Below, in pieces: positions 55,794 through 64,000 of a DNA stretch of 64,000 nt. The DNA lies in assembly GCA_900770385.1 (NCBI GenBank), contig CAAGKK010000016.1:12221-76220 (forward strand), in the 5' to 3' direction. The position numbers and the translations under genes are program-made. The number at the start of each line of letters is the position of its first letter. Position 1 is the first letter of the stretch. The stretch comes from Clostridia bacterium. GTDB lineage: Bacteria; Bacillota; Clostridia; TANB77; CAG-508. The notes beneath the pieces are model-generated. The model was given only the letters and a program-made list of their open reading frames with translations, did no database searches and was not told where the DNA came from.

Positions 55794-56672
55794 ATGTATA
55801 GAATAAATATGAATATTGCAAATAATTGGGAAGATTATGAAATACTAGATATGGCAAATGGAGAAAAACTAGAAAGATGGGGAAACATTTTTTTAGTTAG
55901 ACCAGACCCACAAATAATTTGGAAAAATAAAAGCTTTCCAGATAGATGGAATAATGTAAATGCAAAATATCATAGAAGTAAAACAGGCGGTGGAGGATGG
56001 AAATATAATGGAAATTTACCATCTGCTTGGAAAATTAAATATAAAAATTTAACTTTTAATATAAAACCAATGGGATTTAAGCATACAGGTTTATTTCCAG
56101 AACAAGCTGTAAATTGGGATTGGATGATTGACAAAATAAAAAATGAAAAAAGAGAAATAAAAGTTTTAAATTTATTTGCCTATACAGGAGGAGCAACTGT
56201 TGCATGTCTTTCAGCAGGAGCAAGTGTATGTCATGTAGATAGTTCAAAGGGAATGGTAACATGGGCAAAAGAAAATGTAGTATCGTCTGGATTAGAAAAA
56301 GCAAGTGTAAGATATATTATTGATGATGTAGTTAAATTTGTAAATAGAGAAATAAGAAGAGGACATACATATGATGCAATTATTATGGATCCTCCATCAT
56401 ATGGAAGAGGAACAAATGGTGAAGTATGGAAATTCGAAGATAATATTTATGATTTAATAGAATTATGTAATAAAGTTTTATCTGATAATCCACTATTTTT
56501 CTTAATAAATTCATACACTACAGGAACATCATCTAAAGTATTAGAGAATATTTTAAAAATGAATATAGATAAAAAATATAAAGGTAAGTTTTCATCAGGT
56601 GAAATTGGACTTCCTATGAAAGATTCAGATTTAGTTTTGCCTTGTGGAATATTTGCTAAATGGGAAAAATAA
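55794..56672 (+). CDS. class I SAM-dependent (rRNA-type, RlmI/RlmK-like) methyltransferase
   Basis: LNLFAYTGGATVA (motif I) and IIMDPPSYGRG (motif IV). The start is uncertain (ATG 55794 or 55809) and neither has its own RBS. Confidence 0.7.
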   Translation: MYRINMNIANNWEDYEILDMANGEKLERWGNIFLVRPDPQIIWKNKSFPDRWNNVNAKYHRSKTGGGGWKYNGNLPSAWKIKYKNLTFNIKPMGFKHTGLFPEQAVNWDWMIDKIKNEKREIKVLNLFAYTGGATVACLSAGASVCHVDSSKGMVTWAKENVVSSGLEKASVRYIIDDVVKFVNREIRRGHTYDAIIMDPPSYGRGTNGEVWKFEDNIYDLIELCNKVLSDNPLFFLINSYTTGTSSKVLENILKMNIDKKYKGKFSSGEIGLPMKDSDLVLPCGIFAKWEK

Positions 56673-56697
56673 GTTCATCTATTATGAAAGGAACAAA

Positions 56698-57381
56698 ATG
56701 AAACAATTAAAAGTATTATACGAAGACAATCATATAATCGTTGTAGAAAAACCACCTAATATACCATCTCAAGGTGATAAAACAAACGACGAAAATATGC
56801 TAGATATAATAAAAGGATATATAAAAGAAAAATATAATAAGCCAGGCAATGTATATGTAGGTTTAGTTCATCGCTTAGATAGACCAGTTGGTGGCGTTAT
56901 GGTATTTGCTAAAACTTCTAAAGCTGCATCAAGATTGAGTGAACAAGTAAGAAATAAGATATTTAAAAAAGAATACTTGGCAATAGTAGATGGAAAGCTA
57001 GAAAATAAATCGGGAACTTTGGAAGATTATTTATTAAAAAATGAAAAAAATAATATGAGCAAAGTAGTGCCAGAAAATACTAAAAATGCTAAATATGCAA
57101 AACTAGATTATGAAGTATTAAAATATGATAGTGATATAAATTTATCAGTATTAAAAGTACTTTTACATACTGGAAGGCACCATCAAATAAGAGTACAATT
57201 AGCCAATTGTGGTCATAGTATTTGTGGAGATCAAAAATATGGAACAAGGGGCAGAGGAAAACAAATTTCTCTTTGGGCATATAGTTTAACAATTGTACAT
57301 CCGATTACGAAAGAAGAAATGAAGTTTGAAGATGTACCAGAAAAAATAGGACCATGGAGTATATTAAAAGATATTATGTAA
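56698..57381 (+). CDS. RluA-family pseudouridine synthase
   Basis: VHRLDRPVGGVMVFAKT catalytic Asp motif. HTGRHHQIRVQLA. Start moved to ATG 56698. Confidence 0.85.
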   Translation: MKQLKVLYEDNHIIVVEKPPNIPSQGDKTNDENMLDIIKGYIKEKYNKPGNVYVGLVHRLDRPVGGVMVFAKTSKAASRLSEQVRNKIFKKEYLAIVDGKLENKSGTLEDYLLKNEKNNMSKVVPENTKNAKYAKLDYEVLKYDSDINLSVLKVLLHTGRHHQIRVQLANCGHSICGDQKYGTRGRGKQISLWAYSLTIVHPITKEEMKFEDVPEKIGPWSILKDIM

Positions 57382-57388
57382 TTTTTAC

Positions 57389-57431
57389 AAAACGCAGTTA
57401 TTTATTTATGAAAATAATAATTGCGTTTTTT
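57389..57431 (+). terminator. rho-independent terminator
   Basis: aaaacgcagttatt ... aataattgcgtttt followed by tt. One G-U pair. Confidence 0.75.
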
Positions 57432-57515
57432 ATATATTAAAAAAAGTGTTTACATATACAAAATAAAAATAATACAAAAAAATAATATAAAATGACCTCA
57501 ACAAAGAGGTAAGAA

Positions 57516-58121
57516 ATGATTGATAAAATTTGTAATTATTTAACTAATAAAATAAGAAAACAAATTCCAGAATTTACTGATGAAAAAGCAGAAGAAATAA
57601 ATTATGGATTACAATTACTAATTGGAGAGCTACCTAAAACATTTATATTTATTTTAATTTCTATATTATTAGGAGTATTTAAAGAATTTCTAATAACTAT
57701 AATAGTAATATTTCCTTATAGAGCATTTTCTGGAGGATTTCATTTAAAGACACATTTGGGATGTATATTAGGTACTAGTATGTTCTATTGTGGAATAGCA
57801 TATATTAGTAAGTTTAGCTTATTTAGCTATAATATAAAATATGTACTAACTATTTTAATTTGGATATTTGGAATATTAATGTGTAGATTATATGCACCAG
57901 CAGATACAGAAAATGTTCCAATTCTAAGAAAAAAAGAAAGAAAAACAAAAAGAATATTATCATACATTGTTTTAACAATTACTCTAATAATAGGAGCAGT
58001 TATTAAAAATAATACAATAAGTAACATTATTATTTTAGGCATGCTAGTTCAAAGTATAATGATATCTAAACTTGCATATAGAATAACAAATAATAAATAT
58101 GGTTATGAAGTATATAATTAA
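57516..58121 (+). CDS. agrB: accessory gene regulator B (AgrD-processing membrane peptidase)
   Basis: Multi-TM. Conserved YRAFSGGFHLKTHLGCILGT (His/Cys catalytic pair region). Confidence 0.85.
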   Translation: MIDKICNYLTNKIRKQIPEFTDEKAEEINYGLQLLIGELPKTFIFILISILLGVFKEFLITIIVIFPYRAFSGGFHLKTHLGCILGTSMFYCGIAYISKFSLFSYNIKYVLTILIWIFGILMCRLYAPADTENVPILRKKERKTKRILSYIVLTITLIIGAVIKNNTISNIIILGMLVQSIMISKLAYRITNNKYGYEVYN

Positions 58122-58192
58122 ATATAGATAATAAGAGTGTGTGCCGGCACAATTCGAATTATAAATAAAACCAAATTTAGGAGGAAAATGTT

Positions 58193-58312
58193 ATGTTAAA
58201 ATTATTAGCAAGAGTTGCGGAAAAATATGCTAAATCAACAAATACTGCATGTTTACTATTTGGCTGGTGGCATCAACCTAAAATGCCAGCATCTTTAATA
58301 AAAAAAGATTAA
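58193..58312 (+). CDS. agrD: autoinducing peptide precursor AgrD (39 aa, below ORF-track cutoff)
   Basis: Hand translation: MLKLLARVAEKYAKSTNTACLLFGWWHQPKMPASLIKKD. AGGAGG lies 8 nt upstream. Amphipathic leader, single Cys, conserved QPKMP..L recognition tail. Immediately downstream of agrB. Confidence 0.8.
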   Translation: MLKLLARVAEKYAKSTNTACLLFGWWHQPKMPASLIKKD

Positions 58313-58350
58313 TAATAGCTATATAAGAAGAGAAGAGCCCACTTCTCTTT

Positions 58351-59700
58351 TTATATATTATATATTTCAAGTTGTTGCTTAAATAATCTTTCGTTTTTTG
58401 TTGTATATAAATTTAAATTATTGTTTCTTTTTAATATTTGCCTTACTTCCCATAAGCCTAAACCAGTATTTTTAGGCTTAGTAGAATAGTTCTTTTCAAA
58501 TATTTTATCTGTATCTATGGTTTTATCTTTATAAGTGTTTTCTACTATTAATAATTGCCTATTATGTTTTTCATCTTTTCTAATATGAATATAAACATTC
58601 TTTTCGTTACACTCTTGTGCAGCTTCTATTGCATTATCTAATAATATACCTAATATTCTAGTAAATTCATATATTTTCATAGGTAAAGCGTTTAAATCTG
58701 TAAACACCTCAACACTCATGCTTATGTTTAAGTTTGCTGCTTTATCATATTTAGAAGTAATTAAAGCATAAATTGCAGGATTATTAATTATGTCTGGATT
58801 TAAGGCTGTTAAATTATTTACTTTAACAACATCTTTTTGAATTTGATTATAATAATTTGTTAAACCTTCCATATCTTTAGTGTGCACATATCCGCCAATT
58901 GTGCAAATTATATTTGTAAAATCATGTCTAAAGCCTCTAATATCATCTTGGGCCAATTTTAAAATTCTATTATGTTCTTTTTCTTGTTCTAAATTTAAAT
59001 AAGTTAATTCTAATTCTGTGGTCTTGGATATGGTATATATACTTAATAGAAAATATGCAATTAATGTAATATTACTAAAAATTACAATATATATTGGTAA
59101 ACGGTCTAAATAAAACCCTGTAATTAAAAATTGTGAAAATATGGTAAATATTGCAATTATATAATTGACAATTACAATGTGTTTGCTTTTTTTACTTATA
59201 TAATCAAATATTTTGATCTGAAGCTTAAAGTATTTAATTATTAAATATATGAGAAAAACATTAAATTGTACTAATAAACCAACAAGTAATCTAAATGCAG
59301 GAACATATAATAATTCTAAAACATTAAAGTTTAATATTAGTGAAAGTATTTTAGTTATTAAGGATTCACAGAGTACATTTATAGAAATAGATATAATCAT
59401 ACACAATATAGACTTAAAAATAGATATATGAAGTATTAAGTGAACACTTAATATTATTACAACTAAATTTAAAATTGATTTTATAGGATTAGGAATAAAT
59501 ATATTAGAAAGATATACAAATATAGAAAAGAAAGCAATATATATTTTTCTTTCTTTGTTGCCTATATTTAGGTTTAAAACAGTAGTAAACAATGAAAGGT
59601 CTATTAAAGATTCAATAAAACCTATTGGCAAAACAATAATATTTGTCAATAATTCATTTTCAGTTGTTAGAGCTGTCCAAATTGTTTGAAATATTTCCAT
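58351..59700 (-). CDS. agrC: AgrC-like (HPK10) sensor histidine kinase
   Basis: 6-7 N-terminal TM helices. H-box RGFRHDFTNI. GHKL ATPase (LDNAIEA, KNTGLGLW). Overlaps the upstream regulator gene by 41 nt. Confidence 0.8.
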   Translation of the reverse strand: MEIFQTIWTALTTENELLTNIIVLPIGFIESLIDLSLFTTVLNLNIGNKERKIYIAFFSIFVYLSNIFIPNPIKSILNLVVIILSVHLILHISIFKSILCMIISISINVLCESLITKILSLILNFNVLELLYVPAFRLLVGLLVQFNVFLIYLIIKYFKLQIKIFDYISKKSKHIVIVNYIIAIFTIFSQFLITGFYLDRLPIYIVIFSNITLIAYFLLSIYTISKTTELELTYLNLEQEKEHNRILKLAQDDIRGFRHDFTNIICTIGGYVHTKDMEGLTNYYNQIQKDVVKVNNLTALNPDIINNPAIYALITSKYDKAANLNISMSVEVFTDLNALPMKIYEFTRILGILLDNAIEAAQECNEKNVYIHIRKDEKHNRQLLIVENTYKDKTIDTDKIFEKNYSTKPKNTGLGLWEVRQILKRNNNLNLYTTKNERLFKQQLEIYNI

Positions 59701-60391
59701 TTTTTAAAACCTCCATTAACCCATTTTTATATTTGGGCCCTATTTCACAAGATATAGAATTGCGAAATGTAATTATATTTTTATTTATATTAATATTTGA
59801 AATATTATTTGTATTTGCGATATAAGATTTATGACACCTTACAAATGTGTCTGGCAGTATAGATTCAATTTTATTAAAAGAATTATATGTTTCATAATTC
59901 TTAGAATCTGTACAAAAAATTAGTTTCATTCCATCTTTTTTTATATAATTAATTTCAGAATTATTAATAACTAACTTATTATCGATGCGTATAAAATTTT
60001 TATTCGAAAACTTCATATCTTCCAATAATCTATTTAAAGTTACATCCAACCTTTCTATAGTAATAGGCTTTGGTAAGTAATCAAAAGTTTTTACTGAGTA
60101 AGCAAGTAAAGAATACTCTAAATGACCAGTAGAAAATATAATATAAATATTTTTATTGTTTTCTCTAATTTTTTTTGCTAATTGAATTCCAGAAATATTT
60201 GAATTTAGATTAATATCTAAAATAATAACATCAACGGTGTGATTATTTATAAAATCAAAAACATCTTTTGCATTATCTGAGGAAAATGCAACTTGAGCTT
60301 CAATATCATTTTTTATAAATAGACTTTCTAACATTCCTTTCATTTTTGATAAGATATTTAAATTATCATCACAAAGAACGAAATTCAACAT
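59660..60391 (-). CDS. agrA: LytTR-family response regulator (AgrA-like)
   Basis: Receiver domain (VLCDDN ... DVIILDINL) plus C-terminal LytTR domain (FVRCHKSYIAN). Confidence 0.8.
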   Translation of the reverse strand: MLNFVLCDDNLNILSKMKGMLESLFIKNDIEAQVAFSSDNAKDVFDFINNHTVDVIILDINLNSNISGIQLAKKIRENNKNIYIIFSTGHLEYSLLAYSVKTFDYLPKPITIERLDVTLNRLLEDMKFSNKNFIRIDNKLVINNSEINYIKKDGMKLIFCTDSKNYETYNSFNKIESILPDTFVRCHKSYIANTNNISNININKNIITFRNSISCEIGPKYKNGLMEVLKNGNISNNLDSSNN

Positions 60392-60696
60392 ATTAATTCC
60401 TCCATATAATACGATATTATATCAAGGTACTATTTTATCTTTTGTAAGTGTTTGCTAAGACATAAGTTGACAGGATATAAAATATTGCCTAAATTTTCCA
60501 ATTTTACAAACAATATAAAACATAATCAAAATATTGTCAAGAAAATAATAGGTTAAAAAAGGGAAATTAAAGTAAAGAAAAGCAATTAAAAACAATTTTA
60601 AAATAAATCTAAATAAAACCTAAAGCATAAATTAGAAGGTATTTTTTAATTAATTAATTCATATTATTAAACAATATATAATATGGAGGTTATACA

Positions 60697-61512
60697 ATGA
60701 ATTCAAAATTTAAAATCTTTATATACATTATTGTTGCTATATTTTTAATTTTAGTTAGTATAAAAATTGCAAATAACAAAAGCAACAAATTAACAGTGCA
60801 AACTAGCAGTTCAGCTGCATTTTCAAATACTAAAATTGGGTGGGGAATAAAGAGAAACAAGAATCATAGTCAACCAGATTTAGGAAAAAAGAACAAAGAA
60901 TTAATAGAAAAATATAAAGGTTATGCAATGGGAAACAGTAATGAAAAAAGAGTATATTTAACATTTGATTTAGGTTATGAGGCAGGTTATACAAATAAAA
61001 TATTAGATATATTAAAGGAAAATAATGTAAATGCTACATTTTTTATTACAGCACACTATGTAAATACTGCTTCTGATATAGTACAAAGAATGATAGATGA
61101 AGGGCATATTATAGGAAATCATACCGTAAATCACAAAAGTATGCCAGATTTGAGCTCAGAAGAGCTAAAAAAAGAAATAATGGATTTACATACAGCAGTT
61201 TATAATAAGTTTAATTATGAAATGACATATATGAGACCTCCCAAAGGAGAATATAGTGAAAGAACCTTATGCGAAGTTACAAATTTAGGATATACACCTG
61301 TAATGTGGAGCTTTGCATATGCAGATTGGGATGAAAAAAAACAACCATCAAATAATGAAGGAAAAAAGAAAATTATTGAAAATATGCATAATGGAGAAAT
61401 TATGCTATTACATGCTACTTCAAAAACAAATATGGAGATATTGGATGAGGTTATTAAACAAATAAAAAATATGGGGTATGAATTTAAATCTATTAATGAA
61501 TTTATAATGTAG
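60697..61512 (+). CDS. pdaA: delta-lactam-biosynthetic de-N-acetylase (polysaccharide deacetylase)
   Basis: WGIKRNKNHSQPD...VYLTFDLGYEAGYT...GHIIGNHTVNH closely parallels B. subtilis PdaA. N-terminal anchor. Confidence 0.85.
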   Translation: MNSKFKIFIYIIVAIFLILVSIKIANNKSNKLTVQTSSSAAFSNTKIGWGIKRNKNHSQPDLGKKNKELIEKYKGYAMGNSNEKRVYLTFDLGYEAGYTNKILDILKENNVNATFFITAHYVNTASDIVQRMIDEGHIIGNHTVNHKSMPDLSSEELKKEIMDLHTAVYNKFNYEMTYMRPPKGEYSERTLCEVTNLGYTPVMWSFAYADWDEKKQPSNNEGKKKIIENMHNGEIMLLHATSKTNMEILDEVIKQIKNMGYEFKSINEFIM

Positions 61513-61766
61513 GGGAGGAACCCTGTGTCCGCCCGTGCTACGAAGGGAAACTTTAACAATATTCAGCCTACATTTTGAGCACTTTCTTTCCAAATTAGAC
61601 CCTCCAAGACAAGGAGTAATCCGTATGCCTCAAAGGGCTGTCGGGCCCTAATTTTTCAAAAAAGTCTCAAAATAGTCTGAACTCTATAAATTATAAATTA
61701 TTAACTATTCATTATTCACTATTAATTAAATCATATGTAGGGGCGGATGCCTCTGTCCGCCCGAAA
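61506..61766 (+). repeat. composite repeat (A-unit / core / A-unit)
   Basis: Hairpins gtaggggaggaaccctgtgtccgcccg (61509-61535, containing the pdaA TAG stop) and gtaggggcggatgcctctgtccgcccg (61737-61763, ending 1 nt before the yqfC RBS). Confidence 0.9.
61562..61681 (+). repeat. 120-nt core copy
   Basis: Nearly identical to 5457-5576. Confidence 0.85.
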
Positions 61767-61779
61767 AGGAGCTGATGAA

Positions 61780-62061
61780 ATGAAAAATAGAAAACCTAAG
61801 AAATATACAAAACTAGATAGTTTATTGGAAATGCCAAGAGAAGTAGTTTCAACAGATGTAAAAATAACAATATTTGGATTTAACGAAATATTAATAGAAA
61901 ACTATAAAAATATTTTAGAATATGAAGACATATTTATAAAAATAAATGTATTTGATGGAACTATTAATATTCATGGGTTTAATTTAAAACTAGAACAAAT
62001 GACAGATGAAGATATAAAAGTAACAGGAAAAATTGATAGTATCGATTTTGAAGAAGTCTAA
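61780..62061 (+). CDS. yqfC: YabP/YqfC-family sporulation protein
   Basis: 93 aa. LEMPREVVSTDVKITIFGFNEILIENYKNILEYED pattern. Followed by yqfD. Start at ATG 61780 after aaaggag. Confidence 0.8.
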   Translation: MKNRKPKKYTKLDSLLEMPREVVSTDVKITIFGFNEILIENYKNILEYEDIFIKINVFDGTINIHGFNLKLEQMTDEDIKVTGKIDSIDFEEV

Positions 62062-62078
62062 AATAAGGAGGAATTATT

Positions 62079-63266
62079 TTGCTTATAAAAATATTATTTT
62101 ATTACTTGTTTGGATATTTAAATATTACAATAGAAGGTTTTTTTATAGAAAGATTTATAAATATGTGTGCAAGTAAAAATATATTTTTATGGAATGTAAA
62201 TAGGATAAATTCCAGTATTTTAAAAGCAAATATTAGCATTAATGATTTTAAAAAAATAAAAGAAATCACTAAAAAATCAAAATGTAGAATTAAAATAAAT
62301 AAGAAAAGTGGATTACCATTTTTTATAAATAAGTATAAAAAAAGAAAAATACTTTTAATATTACTAATACCAATAATATTTTTTATTATGATATCTTCAA
62401 TGTATGTATGGAATGTTCATATAAGTGTAAATGGAGATTTTAACAAAGAAGAATTAATAAATCAATTAAAAGAAGAAGGACTAGAAAGAGGAAAATTAAA
62501 AGCAAATATCGATACAAAAGATATAATAACTAATATAAGACTAAAAAGAGAAGATATATCATGGATGGAAATTAACTTAAAAGGAACAAATGCAGTTGTA
62601 AATATTGTGAAAGCAGATAAAAAACCAGATATTATTAATGAAAATGAGTATTGCGACATTGTTTCAGACAAAAAGGGAGTTATTACAAAGATTACAGCTC
62701 AAAAAGGTACACCTTTGGTAAAAGTTGGAGATATTGTAGAAGAAGGAACAAAATTAATTGCAGGTTCTATGCAAGGAAAATATACGGATATTAGATATGT
62801 TCATGCACAAGGAGAAGTAAAAGCGAAGGTTTGGTATACTAAAAGAAAAAGTTCAAATTATACTAGGGAAATAAGTAAAAAAACAGGAAATGAAGCAAAA
62901 AGATATAATATAAGTTTTAATAATTTTAAAATAAATTTATATAAAACTCTTCCAAATTTTGAAAAGTATGATACAATAAGTGAGGATAAACAGCTAAAAA
63001 TATTTTCAAATTTTTATTTGCCAATTTCAATACAAAAAACAGTATATAAAGAAGAGAAAACAGAAAAAATTACTTACGGAAAAGTGGAATTACAGAATAT
63101 TTTAATAAAAGAATTAGAGCAAGAATTTGAAAAAGAAAACATTAACAAAGACAATATAACAAAGAAAACAGTAAATGTATATCAAACAAATGAAAATACA
63201 TTAGAAATAGAACTTACATATGAAGTTCAAGAAACAATAGGAACTGAAGAAAAAATAAACTTTTAA
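62079..63266 (+). CDS. yqfD: sporulation protein YqfD
   Basis: 395 aa. N-terminus FGYLNITIEGFFIERFINMC is typical of YqfD. One central TM helix. TTG start after aaggagg. Confidence 0.8.
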   Translation: MLIKILFYYLFGYLNITIEGFFIERFINMCASKNIFLWNVNRINSSILKANISINDFKKIKEITKKSKCRIKINKKSGLPFFINKYKKRKILLILLIPIIFFIMISSMYVWNVHISVNGDFNKEELINQLKEEGLERGKLKANIDTKDIITNIRLKREDISWMEINLKGTNAVVNIVKADKKPDIINENEYCDIVSDKKGVITKITAQKGTPLVKVGDIVEEGTKLIAGSMQGKYTDIRYVHAQGEVKAKVWYTKRKSSNYTREISKKTGNEAKRYNISFNNFKINLYKTLPNFEKYDTISEDKQLKIFSNFYLPISIQKTVYKEEKTEKITYGKVELQNILIKELEQEFEKENINKDNITKKTVNVYQTNENTLEIELTYEVQETIGTEEKINF

Positions 63267-63280
63267 AGGAGATATTTGAG

Positions 63281-64000
63281 ATGGAAGAAAGAAGTTTAAG
63301 AGTCTATGAGCAAAAAACATTCTTTTCAAAATTGGGAACAACATTAAGCAAATTTTTAGTACCTACAAGAGTAGGATTTAATAGTATGATGATTTCTGTA
63401 AAAAGAAATAATTTACTTAAAGCTTATGAAACATTTGAAAATTATGAAGATGTTGATAAAGAAAAAAAAGAAAGCTTAAACAAAAAATATGAAGATACTT
63501 TTACATTGTACTTAGAATCAATAGATAAATATGTTATGGATTCAATTTACAAAAAAGTAAAAAATGGAACTGCTAGTCCTTTTGAAGAAGAGGCACTTTC
63601 TAATTATTATATGGTTACTCATTTAAAAGAAAAGCAATATTTAGAATATAAATATAGAAAACAAAAATATTTATTAGAATTAGACTATGAAACAGTTAAA
63701 AATACTAATAAAGAAAAATTAAAACAAAAGTATATACATTTTTATATACAAAAAATGGACATATTATATAAAGGAATATTGAAAAATTATTCAATACAAC
63801 TAGCAGATAATTTAAAAACATCTGCTAATGATAAATATGAAATATATGACAAAGTATTTGATACAGTAGAAGAATATATTAATAATATTCTAAATTTAAA
63901 ATTGAAAGAAGAAAATTCTCAAATATCAAAAGAAATATTAGAACAATATGATAAATATGCAAAATTCTTAGCTGGCAAATTTGACTCTATAGACATAATA
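63281..64000 (+). CDS. hypothetical protein, 5' part (runs off the window)
   Basis: ATG 63281 follows aaaggaga. The frame stays open for 240 codons to the window edge (MEERSLRVYEQKTFFSKLG...). K/E/Y-rich and helical. Absent from the ORF track because it has no stop. Confidence 0.5.
   Translation, partial: MEERSLRVYEQKTFFSKLGTTLSKFLVPTRVGFNSMMISVKRNNLLKAYETFENYEDVDKEKKESLNKKYEDTFTLYLESIDKYVMDSIYKKVKNGTASPFEEEALSNYYMVTHLKEKQYLEYKYRKQKYLLELDYETVKNTNKEKLKQKYIHFYIQKMDILYKGILKNYSIQLADNLKTSANDKYEIYDKVFDTVEEYINNILNLKLKEENSQISKEILEQYDKYAKFLAGKFDSIDII

Overview
This is an AT-rich (roughly 27% GC by eye) chromosomal segment from a spore-forming, Clostridia-like Firmicute using the standard genetic code. 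I see about 55 protein genes, tRNA-Gly and tRNA-Cys, and a glmS ribozyme. Most genes are housekeeping or sporulation genes: splB, a DacF-like carboxypeptidase, lepB, holB, yaaT/ricT, a clostridial ferredoxin, a 4-subunit 2-oxoacid:ferredoxin oxidoreductase, trmL, adhE, gatCAB, rpsT, mscL, mfd, engB, serS, yaaL, bofA, a PIN-PhoH ATPase, glmS, uvrC, pdaA and yqfC/yqfD.

Accessory content:
- a CwlT-like cell-wall hydrolase cluster at the left edge, possibly the tail of a conjugative element
- a 1701-aa thioester-domain/CnaB/DUF11 surface adhesin
- a TetR-MMPL-YhgE/Pip module
- an agrBD/agrCA quorum-sensing locus
- a compositionally foreign, receiver-less Spo0A C-terminal-domain gene
- a four-helix-bundle (23S rRNA IVS-type) gene bracketed by a duplicated tRNA-Cys 3' end

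The most unusual signal is not a gene. It is a dense family of composite intergenic repeats at 9 loci in 64 kb. Each is built from REP-like GTAG + GC-hairpin units, AT-rich arms and a nearly invariant 120-nt core with 16-18 bp terminal inverted repeats (4 full copies and 1 truncated). A second small palindromic repeat family accompanies them. Copies sit inside the gatCAB operon, supply a stop codon for pdaA and abut ribosome-binding sites.

Other oddities are an A19:U56 tRNA-Gly, a nonsense-interrupted DUF1653 gene, a doubly frameshifted DUF2207 glycine tail and an M23 peptidase whose TM helix lies upstream of any canonical start codon.

All calls come from reading the sequence and recalling family motifs. 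No database search was run.
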